51,570 nucleotides of DNA from assembly GCA_020724845.1 (NCBI GenBank), contig DYGE01000006.1, forward strand, positions 1-51,570, given 5' to 3'. This DNA comes from Candidatus Paceibacter sp. Its GTDB lineage: Bacteria; Patescibacteriota; Minisyncoccia; UBA6257; 02-FULL-45-10c. The translations under genes and the position numbers were made by a program. Under the pieces are notes generated by a model. The model saw nothing but the letters and a program-made list of their open reading frames with translations, searched no databases and was not told where the DNA came from. Shown one piece after another: positions 44,161 through 51,121 of this stretch (position 1 is the first letter of the stretch; every line of letters begins with the position of its first letter).

Positions 44161-45021
44161 CAGGTTCAATTTCTCTTTTACTAGCATGGCTATTTCTATG
44201 AAGTTGCCATAAGCTGAGCGCGTACTCTCCAGGGATTGCTCTACTAATTCCCTCGGGCTGGCAGGCGACTCTTCTTTTTCTAAGCCGGTTGACGGCGCCT
44301 TCAAAGGATCCAACTCTTCGGCGAGTATTGAAGATAAAGCTTCTTCTGCCCGCCTGTTCAATTCTTGAGCTGTTTCAAGATTTAGCATCGCTCCTTTTAG
44401 GAGTCCATCGGTTTCTTCCCCGTTAATCAGGCCGGCATTTTTTAGTTTCTCCAGGTCAGATTTAATCTTATCCAGCCTTTGCCAAGCCACGCTTAGGATT
44501 TGTTTCTGTCTGAAGATGAGGATGAAGGAAACAACCTTTTCCACTTTTGGGTTATAAACCGCGCTTCTCCAGACTTTGAAATCGTTTGCCAAACTTTTTA
44601 CCTCCTCAAGGGTTACGGCCTCATCCAGCCTCTTTCGCATCTCCGCGTAGGCATTTTCATTCTCGGTAAATATAACTAGCAGATTTTCTCTGATTTTCCC
44701 TTGATCGTCATTGAGGTCGCTCAAACTATTGAGCTTATTTTCAAGTCCTTCGTCTTCTAATAAAGTAAGGTCAAATGCCAGAAAGAGGACTTCTTTGCGG
44801 ACCCTGGTCTCTTCAAGTTCTTTTTCTTTCGGAGACAGATCGGGGTTTTCGGCGATGGCCGATATTTCAGCTACTTTTTCAGCAATGCTTTGAAGCAAGG
44901 AGTTTAGATTTTCTTGTTCCGCGCTTGCCGCGAAAGCGGTGCCGGAAAAAAAGAAAAGGACGCCAGCCAAAGCGGCGGTGACCGTCATTTTATAGTTATT
45001 AGCGTTAGCTCCGTGATTCAT
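44155..45021 (-). CDS. Secreted acidic alpha-helical protein
   Basis: Signal peptide ...AALAGVLFFFSGTAFA; helical, Glu-rich; last gene of the ECF operon. Confidence 0.7.
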   Translation of the reverse strand: MNHGANANNYKMTVTAALAGVLFFFSGTAFAASAEQENLNSLLQSIAEKVAEISAIAENPDLSPKEKELEETRVRKEVLFLAFDLTLLEDEGLENKLNSLSDLNDDQGKIRENLLVIFTENENAYAEMRKRLDEAVTLEEVKSLANDFKVWRSAVYNPKVEKVVSFILIFRQKQILSVAWQRLDKIKSDLEKLKNAGLINGEETDGLLKGAMLNLETAQELNRRAEEALSSILAEELDPLKAPSTGLEKEESPASPRELVEQSLESTRSAYGNFIEIAMLVKEKLNLK

Positions 45022-45025
45022 TGCT

Positions 45026-45454
45026 TTAAAGAGTTATTTCATTGAGCAGCTTATTAAGCTCTTCCTCTCGATTTTCTAAATTTTTTAGTTCCCCGGATGT
45101 TTCATTCAGGGCGATCTCAACTTTTTCAGCTGATTCTTCGTAATACTCCGCTTGAGAAAGTTGGATCTGGAAATCCAGGCTGGCCGCTTCTTCAGTCAGG
45201 TTTTCCGGGTCAAGGCTGGAAAGAAGGGCCGGGGAGAGGATCCGTTGGCTAAGCATTGACAGCCCGCCGATGATCAAAAATATGAATATCGCGGCTAGGC
45301 TGAAAGCGGCGCTGAACTGGGCGCTGTTCAGCAGGCGGTTAAAAATTCCGATAGAAATACCGCTTTGAGGAGAATTCAAAATCAGCGCGCGGGAGCGTTC
45401 CTTAAATTCCTTATTTGGCTCTATTGATTTAAGCTTCGTGAGTAAGCGTTCCAT
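45026..45454 (-). CDS. Putative single-TM anti-sigma factor
   Basis: Overlaps the ECF sigma stop; short cytoplasmic domain (L.KLKSIEP..EF...R), one TM helix, acidic C-terminus. Confidence 0.6.
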   Translation of the reverse strand: MERLLTKLKSIEPNKEFKERSRALILNSPQSGISIGIFNRLLNSAQFSAAFSLAAIFIFLIIGGLSMLSQRILSPALLSSLDPENLTEEAASLDFQIQLSQAEYYEESAEKVEIALNETSGELKNLENREEELNKLLNEITL

Positions 45455-46001
45455 TGTTGTTTGGGTCGCCGTAATATAGCGACTTTAATTCTTTCAATGC
45501 CCGATGCTGGATCAGCCTTACCGCGCCCTCGCTTTTATCAAGGTTGGCAGCGATTTCTTCCGCGGAAAGATCTTCAATGAATTTCATGATAAGGACGTCC
45601 TGGTAGTCTGGTTTGAGCAAGCCGATCAGCCTTTTTAGCTTTTCTATTTCTAAATCAGTGTTTAGGGATTCCGGGTGGAGCGCGTCTATTTTTACGAATT
45701 CTTCGCTGACGCTCTCAACTTGCAAATTTTTCTTCGAGGTACGGTAGAAATCAATAACGGAGTTCTTGGCGATTTGGTAAAGCCAGCTGGAAAACGGGTG
45801 GCCCCGGTCTTTGTAGTTATGAATATTTTGCCAAGCGCTTAGAAAGACCTCGTGAGTCAGATCTTCTGCTTCGGCTCGGCTGGACACCTTGAGCAGGACG
45901 AACCGGTAGATCTTGGGCAAATAATGGTCATAAAGAAGCCCGAAGGCCTCCTTATTCCCCCTTTTTGCTTGCTTAATATGGTTTTTCTCACCCTCTAACA
46001 T
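45429..46001 (-). CDS. ECF RNA polymerase sigma factor
   Basis: AFGLLYD.Y...IYRF, AEDLT.EVF, FSSWLY.IAKN, region 4 EEIA......GAVR..QHRAL. Confidence 0.93.
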   Translation of the reverse strand: MLEGEKNHIKQAKRGNKEAFGLLYDHYLPKIYRFVLLKVSSRAEAEDLTHEVFLSAWQNIHNYKDRGHPFSSWLYQIAKNSVIDFYRTSKKNLQVESVSEEFVKIDALHPESLNTDLEIEKLKRLIGLLKPDYQDVLIMKFIEDLSAEEIAANLDKSEGAVRLIQHRALKELKSLYYGDPNNNGTLTHEA

Positions 46002-46206
46002 AATAGAACGAATGGGGGCTTGATTTATTTCTCGCCCCTCAGCTTCATTATAGCTTATAAATAAGGCTGCGCGCCTTGCTTAAAAATTAAAATCCGTACC
46101 ATGGAGAGCAGGATATGAACTCCTAAGGTACGGTCATTCATTGCTTATTTTAGCGTAAAAAGGCGGTTTTGTAAATAATACGCATTGTATCTCCTGGTTT
46201 TTTATG

Positions 46207-46281
46207 TGGAGCGGGTAGCGGGAGTCGAACCCGCATCTTCACCTTGGAAGGGTGACATAATAGCCGCTATACGATACCCGC
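46207..46281 (-). tRNA. tRNA-Gly(TCC)
   Basis: GCGGGTA...TCACC-CT-TCC-AA-GGTGA...GCGGG-TTCGACT-CCCGC-TACCCGC-T-CCA. Confidence 0.95.
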
Positions 46282-46361
46282 AGTAAAAATATCATAACTG
46301 ATTTTGTCGGCGAAATAAAGCCCCTTTTAAAATCTACCTTCTTATTCTATACTTAATTTCA

Positions 46362-46955
46362 ATGAATTTAAGAAGGAGCGTTAAGGGGATAGTTTCGCTA
46401 ATTGCCGCTGTTTTAGCCCTTTATCTAGCCGGCTATTTTTTAATCGGCCGCAGCTTTGTTCCGGCAGAATTTTCTGAAGCCAGACGGGAAAGCGCGGCGG
46501 TGGCGAGAGAAATTAATCAGATGATTAACGAGTCCTTGGGTAGTCTGGAGGAGATCTCTTTGCAAGATCGCGAGCGGAACTTTAAGCAGGCGCTGGTTTT
46601 GGTGAGGGAAGAATTGGGCAGAGCCCAGCAGGCTCGTTTAAAAGCTATTGAGTTGGTAGTGGGTTTGGGGAAGATGAGCAAGTCGGCCCAGGAGATTGAA
46701 CCGGCGAAAGCAAGAGACTTGGCGGTTGAGGCGATTGGAAGCGAATTAACCTCTTTGAGCCATTTAGTTGTTTATAACGATATTTTGAATGGACTTCTTC
46801 AAACTCTGGAATTGAAGTTTTCCGGCGATCTCGGCGCGGAGGCCGAAGATGTGCAGAATCTTATTAAAAGCTTAAATGCGGAAGCCAAAGAGATAAATGA
46901 TCTCAACACTCTCTTTAATCAGAAAATGCAGGAATTTGATAATTTAGTCGGCTAA
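46362..46955 (+). CDS. Membrane-anchored coiled-coil hypothetical protein
   Basis: N-terminal TM helix followed by helical sequence; TATACT just upstream. Confidence 0.7.
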   Translation: MNLRRSVKGIVSLIAAVLALYLAGYFLIGRSFVPAEFSEARRESAAVAREINQMINESLGSLEEISLQDRERNFKQALVLVREELGRAQQARLKAIELVVGLGKMSKSAQEIEPAKARDLAVEAIGSELTSLSHLVVYNDILNGLLQTLELKFSGDLGAEAEDVQNLIKSLNAEAKEINDLNTLFNQKMQEFDNLVG

Positions 46956-46977
46956 CGCCTGGGTTAAATAAAAAATT

Positions 46978-47006
46978 AGGCCTCGTCCATTGGACGAGGC
47001 CTTTTT
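46978..47006. terminator. Intrinsic terminator
   Basis: AGGCCTCGTCC-ATT-GGACGAGGCCT-TTTT. Confidence 0.75.
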
Positions 47007-47052
47007 GTGAAGATGCCCTGCTTTGCGAAGTTGCTTGCGGTTTTTCCTGCAA

Positions 47053-47138
47053 TGGGCCAGGAGGGACTCGAACCCCCACGGTCTCTCGACCGAGCACCGG
47101 GCTTAAGCCGGCCGCGTCTGCCATTCCGCCACTGGCCC
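47053..47138 (-). tRNA. tRNA-Leu(TAA), G+C-rich
   Basis: GGGCCAG...GCCGG-CT-TAA-GC-CCGGT, long variable arm, GGGGG-TTCGAGT-CCCTC-CTGGCCC-A. Confidence 0.9.
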
Positions 47139-47152
47139 TTTGTGGGCAGGAG

Positions 47153-47431
47153 TTACCTCCGTCCGTGCTTGCGCCTTGCGCGCCGTTCCTCCCTCCGCAG
47201 AAGGATTTCCAGCGGATCGCGAGCTCCGTACAGCGTGTTGTGTCCTACCCCTCGGAAGCGCGATGCCACTTCCTCTGCGGAGACCAGATCCAAGGGGATA
47301 TAGCCGCCGCTCGGTCGCTGGGCTCTTCCGCCCAGCTCCTCCTCTTCCTGGCTGTCGCCGGGAAGCGAGAGGAACCACGGATCATCTATGATCCGCAAGT
47401 CCCATTCTTCAGTAACTCTGGGTTGACGCAA
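47153..47431 (-). CDS. Orphan 92-aa protein (acidic N-terminus, Arg-rich C-terminus)
   Basis: SD GGAGG 4 nt before the TTG start; downstream of a consensus promoter; ends 14 nt before tRNA-Leu(TAA). Confidence 0.6.
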   Translation of the reverse strand: MRQPRVTEEWDLRIIDDPWFLSLPGDSQEEEELGGRAQRPSGGYIPLDLVSAEEVASRFRGVGHNTLYGARDPLEILLRREERRARRKHGRR

Positions 47432-47631
47432 TTTTCCTCCGGACGAGTTTGGTTTCTTTGGAAAGGGGCCAGCCTATGTTATTGGCTGGCTTTTGCGCGG
47501 CTTTGCTTAGCTAGGGCCACGTCATTTGGCACCTGTCCGATCCGGTCGGACGGCCGGGGGATCAGCTTGGACTATCGGGCGAGCTAAGTCCCCAAGATCA
47601 GCATCCTTCTTGATTCTGAAAGAACTTTTAA

Positions 47632-47660
47632 ATTATAGCACATAAAAAAGAATTTGTCAA
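47632..47660 (-). promoter_or_regulatory. Perfect consensus sigma70 promoter
   Basis: TTGACA-17 bp-TATAAT with extended -10 TG. Confidence 0.85.
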
Positions 47661-47666
47661 TAGCTG

Positions 47667-47738
47667 TGCCGCGGGAGTGAATCGAACACTCGACACGACG
47701 CTCTTCAGGCGTCTGCTCTACCACTGAGCTACCGCGGC
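47667..47738 (-). tRNA. tRNA-Phe(GAA)
   Basis: GCCGCGG...GACGC-CT-GAA-GA-GCGTC...GAGTG-TTCGATT-CACTC-CCGCGGC-A. Confidence 0.95.
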
Positions 47739-47779
47739 ATTCAAGTTATTCTAATACAATCTTTTACACTTTTAAAGTG

Positions 47780-47851
47780 TCTCCCCGCTAGGAATCGAAC
47801 CTAGATCTACTCCTTAGAAGGGAGCTGTTCTATCCGTTGAACTACGGGGAG
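47780..47851 (-). tRNA. tRNA-Arg(TCT)
   Basis: CTCCCCG...GCTCC-CT-TCT-AA-GGAGT...CTAGG-TTCGATT-CCTAG-CGGGGAG-A. Confidence 0.95.
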
Positions 47852-47929
47852 AATTGAATTATTGCCTGAATTTTGTTAGAACATAACTAGTCACCTTGTA
47901 CAATATATCAGGAAAAATGAGGAGTCGCA

Positions 47930-48571
47930 ATGCTCTCGCGGCATTTTTCTCACCATAACGGCGAATGCCGTTGCGAGATAAAGACGTATTGCTTTGCTTT
48001 TCTAATCGGCGTGCTGGTATTCCTGTTTCAGTTGTACGGCTCTCATGTCTCCGGAAGCGTTGCCCTGTTGGCAGATACTTTTCATGTCCTTATAGACGCG
48101 CTTGGGCATCTTTTGGCGGTCGCCACCGCTTACCTAGTTTTGAAATTTCCGCAGCTGGAAAAGAAGTCCAGATCCGTGGCTGGCGGCTTAAGCGCCTTGC
48201 TCTTATTGATCGCCTCGCTTTTTATTGGCTACGAGGCCTTTGGGCGACTCTGGAATCCGGTGGAGATTAACAGTAAACTGCTGGTTATTTACGCCTTGGG
48301 AGGAGCGCTCGGCAACGCGATTGTTCTTTGGCTCGTTCATAGCCGGACCGATCACAGCGTTACTAAAGCCGCTCTCCTGCGTCATATACTAGTGGATCTT
48401 GGCCAGTCCATGGTAGTTGTTATTAGCGGCGCCATCCTGCTCATTCAGCCGTACGTCCTTAGAAATGCGCTTTACCTGATTGATCCCTCGCTGTCTCTTT
48501 TGCTAGCCGCCCTTACTTTATTCCTAGGGATAAAGACCGGCTTGGAATCTTGGAAGCTCTTCAAGAGTTAA
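47930..48571 (+). CDS. Cation diffusion facilitator (CzcD/ZitB-like), TM domain only
   Basis: SGSVALLADTFH...D, RHILVD, IDP.LS; SD GAGGAG; no C-terminal cytoplasmic domain. Confidence 0.82.
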   Translation: MLSRHFSHHNGECRCEIKTYCFAFLIGVLVFLFQLYGSHVSGSVALLADTFHVLIDALGHLLAVATAYLVLKFPQLEKKSRSVAGGLSALLLLIASLFIGYEAFGRLWNPVEINSKLLVIYALGGALGNAIVLWLVHSRTDHSVTKAALLRHILVDLGQSMVVVISGAILLIQPYVLRNALYLIDPSLSLLLAALTLFLGIKTGLESWKLFKS

Positions 48572-48643
48572 CCCCCGCAAAGCGGGGGATTATTTTTGGG
48601 CTTTGATTTTTTAGCTACAATCTGTTTAAAATAAGTGATACCG

Positions 48644-48714
48644 CGGAGCGTAGTATAATGGTAGTATATATGCTTTGGGAGCATAAGGCCCGAGTTCGAT
48701 TCTCGGCGCTCCGA
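48644..48714 (+). tRNA. tRNA-Pro(TGG)
   Basis: CGGAGCG...TATGC-TT-TGG-GA-GCATA...CCGAG-TTCGATT-CTCGG-CGCTCCG-A. Confidence 0.93.
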
Positions 48715-48939
48715 CAAAATAAAAAATACCCATAGGGTATTTTTTATTTTTCCGAGAATCAAACTCGGGAAAGGGGTCGGGAAAACGGTAGTTTTCCCGT
48801 TGCGGAGGCAGGTCGCCAAAGGTGATCGTTGGAACCGCTGGGTTCCAAAGAGGTTTGATAGCTATCAAACCGAGAGTTCTAGCGACGCCGAGTTTTACTC
48901 GGCTAGCGGATTCTCGGCGCTCCGACAAAATAAAAAATA
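48698..48939. mobile_element. Putative non-coding mini-element at the tRNA-Pro 3' end, bounded by 31-bp direct repeats
   Basis: GATTCTCGGCGCTCCGACAAAATAAAAAATA at 48698-48728 and 48909-48939; the interior is a chain of hairpins. Confidence 0.65.
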
Positions 48940-48986
48940 GCCGGCTTAAGGGCTATTTTTATATTCTATCAAGCCGTGCAGGGGGC

Positions 48987-49015
48987 TTGACAGAATTGCA
49001 ACAATATGCTAATAT
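48987..49015 (+). promoter_or_regulatory. Sigma70-type promoter of the orphan gene at 49067
   Basis: TTGACA-17 bp-TAATAT; SD AAGGAGG at 49055-49061. Confidence 0.75.
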
Positions 49016-49066
49016 TAGCATGTCATCGAAAGGTGATTTAGCACACCAAAATCTAAGGAGGGTGGC

Positions 49067-49351
49067 ATGAACCAGAAGCTGAAGAAGGAGCTCAAGGAGT
49101 ACTTCCCGACGTTCGCGGCGCTGATCAACCGGATCCTCTCGCTCTTCAAGCGGCCCGTGACCAAGGTGGCGCTCCCGAACAAGAGCGGCACCCTGGAGCT
49201 CAACAAGTCCGCCTCGTACGAGAGCGGCAAGCGCGGGACGCAGGTCGGGACGATCGTGAGCTTCGACAGCTCCGGCCGCGCCCGGCTGGATCTCGGCGGG
49301 GGCGTCTTCGTCCGCCGCAAGACTCACCTCCTCACGCCGATCCCGGCGTAA
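49067..49351 (+). CDS. Orphan basic 94-aa protein with extreme GC3 (C-terminal half possibly an SH3/KOW-like barrel)
   Basis: 92 of 94 sense codons end in G/C (manual count); promoter, SD and terminator GGCCCCAAC-GAGA-GTTGGGGCC-TTTTT. Confidence 0.8.
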   Translation: MNQKLKKELKEYFPTFAALINRILSLFKRPVTKVALPNKSGTLELNKSASYESGKRGTQVGTIVSFDSSGRARLDLGGGVFVRRKTHLLTPIPA

Positions 49352-49448
49352 CCCCTCCTAAAATCCTGCATCCTCTGCAGGTGGCCCCAACGAGAGTTGG
49401 GGCCTTTTTCTATGGACTATTTTAAAAAAAAGTTGTAAATTCTTAATA

Positions 49449-49479
49449 GTCATCTGTCAGTGGTCATTTGTCAGATGTC
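49449..49479. repeat. Heptamer tandem repeat in the tRNA-His leader
   Basis: GTCATCT GTCAGTG GTCATTT GTCAGAT GTC. Confidence 0.75.
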
Positions 49480-49488
49480 TAAGTGTAT

Positions 49489-49560
49489 GGTGCCTATAGT
49501 TTAATGGTAAAACTCCAGTTTGTGGTACTGGTATCGAGGGTTCGATTCCCTCTAGGCACC
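49489..49560 (+). tRNA. tRNA-His(GTG) with encoded G-1
   Basis: G-GTGCCTA...CCAGT-TT-GTG-GT-ACTGG...GAGGG-TTCGATT-CCCTC-TAGGCAC-C. Confidence 0.95.
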
Positions 49561-49676
49561 CAAATTAAAATAATCCGCAATATTGCGGATTATTTTAATT
49601 TCCGGTTATGGAATCGAGCTTCCTCATTTATTTTCTAGTAGTTTTATAGTTTCCAAAACTATGCTTATATTAAAAT

Positions 49677-50444
49677 ATGAAATTATTCAAATCGTTCCCG
49701 GAAGAAAAGAAGCCGGAGCGGGAGAGTGGCGAAGAAGCAAAAAAATACAACCTTGAGCAATTTGCGGAGATAGAAAAATCTACAATTAGTTTGGTGGGCC
49801 AATTAAAAGAAAGAATCGATAGGGGCGAATACGACACTTTAATTAGCGATGACGCGAGCGGCAGGATGCACGCCTTAGTTTTAAGAAAGATCATCAACGA
49901 AAGAAACAGGAAGCTCCATCCTGAATTGCCGCCTGAAGAAACAGATATCAAAACCAGGTTTGTTGCCGGAGGCAGGCATTCTGGGGAGATTACAAAGAAG
50001 CTGATGGATTTTTTTCAAAAACTAAAACCCGAGGTTAAGAAAAAAGCTCTTTTGGTTACAGAATATATAGAAACCGGCGGAAGCATTGCTTGGTTGGCCC
50101 GCCTTCTTAGCGATGCTGGAATAGAATTTGATATAGCTGCAGATAGCTCTAGGCAATCCTCAAAATCATATAATGATTTCTCCGCTTTGAGAGATAAGAA
50201 GATATTTATTGGCGAAGAAAAAACCCAAAGAATGACTGTGCCTCCTTTTTATGGCAAGAAGGATATTTCTGGCGTGGAAAAGAGCTATTTAGAACCATCG
50301 GCCCATCCGGAGTTAATTGAGAAATTAAGGAAAAGAGGCACGGCGGCAGGGATTATTCAGCGGGAAAAGATTAAACAAGGCAGGGAGGATGTTAATACTT
50401 TGGCTAATAAGGTATTGAAGACCATTTGGGGGCAGGGTCAATAA
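49677..50444 (+). CDS. Hypothetical protein with a phosphoribosyltransferase-like motif
   Basis: ALLVTEYIETGGSI resembles the PRPP-binding loop (hhhhDD.h.TG.T); also ISDDASGR. Confidence 0.6.
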   Translation: MKLFKSFPEEKKPERESGEEAKKYNLEQFAEIEKSTISLVGQLKERIDRGEYDTLISDDASGRMHALVLRKIINERNRKLHPELPPEETDIKTRFVAGGRHSGEITKKLMDFFQKLKPEVKKKALLVTEYIETGGSIAWLARLLSDAGIEFDIAADSSRQSSKSYNDFSALRDKKIFIGEEKTQRMTVPPFYGKKDISGVEKSYLEPSAHPELIEKLRKRGTAAGIIQREKIKQGREDVNTLANKVLKTIWGQGQ

Positions 50445-50529
50445 GAATGGTTGATATTTTTTGTTCCCAGCCTTGAAGTCTGCGCGCGGAAGAGGTAATA
50501 TTTATTCGATTCGCTGAAAAAGGGGGAGT

Positions 50530-50754
50530 ATGAAACTGAAGGAAGTTCCTTTTGAAAGCCTTCGAGAAGGCGACCGGGTTTTACTGCCCGATGGCCAAGT
50601 ATATCATATCAGCGAATTGTTTTCGGATCGCCATTTTGTAATCTGCCGAGAGGACGGGACCGGGGAAATTTTGCTGCATTACGATAATATCCGTAACCCA
50701 GCGCACCCCTCTGCAAGCATGGGAGAAATAACTTATCTAGGCGCGGCCTCATAA
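50530..50754 (+). CDS. Small hypothetical protein (possible SH3-like beta-barrel)
   Basis: SD AGGGGGAG; LREGDRVLL pattern; terminator overlaps the stop. Confidence 0.6.
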   Translation: MKLKEVPFESLREGDRVLLPDGQVYHISELFSDRHFVICREDGTGEILLHYDNIRNPAHPSASMGEITYLGAAS

Positions 50755-50857
50755 TACCAGGCCGCTTTTTCATTTATTGCGATACCATATCGGTATTTGA
50801 CAAATATCAAGTATATGTGTTAGTATATCTTAAAAATCCGCACCACGGAGGTAGGAA

Positions 50858-51031
50858 ATGAAAGAGCACGAAGGCGCTTGGTACTCGCTGCGATGTTTTC
50901 TAGCGACGGTTCTGCTCACCACCGCGCTGTCGATCTACCCGAAGACGTCTTTGCGCAGAATCAAATTGGAGCAGTTTATCAAGGATAACATTGGCAAGAT
51001 CCTCAAGAAGGAATGGGGTTTGGAGAGCTAA
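50858..51031 (+). CDS. 57-aa orphan protein with one hydrophobic segment (not in the ORF track)
   Basis: Promoter TTGACA(50797)-18 bp-TAGTAT, SD GGAGGT; MKEHEGAWYSLRCFLATVLLTTALSIYPKTSLRRIKLEQFIKDNIGKILKKEWGLES*; terminator follows. Confidence 0.65.
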   Translation: MKEHEGAWYSLRCFLATVLLTTALSIYPKTSLRRIKLEQFIKDNIGKILKKEWGLES

Positions 51032-51121
51032 GAGACGCCCCAATCGCCGCCCACATAAAAAGTGAGGCGGCTTTTTCTTTTCAATAAAAATCCGCCGAGT
51101 CTGGCTCGGCGGAACGGGTAA

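Noticed and set aside
47007-47587. Several overlapping ORFs in the G+C-rich patch
   Set aside because: They overlap the tRNA or lack SD/promoter; stop codons are rare in GC-rich DNA. Only 47153..47431 (-) was retained.
47432-47625. Assignment of the leader as a SAM-I or c-di-AMP riboswitch, or as RNase P RNA
   Set aside because: Only scattered short words match (ATCAAGA, GGGAC, GGTGCCAAAT); the full consensus architecture could not be built by eye.
48959-49327. Minus-strand ORFs (122 aa and 101 aa)
   Set aside because: Shadow ORFs caused by the extreme GC3 of the plus-strand gene; no expression signals.
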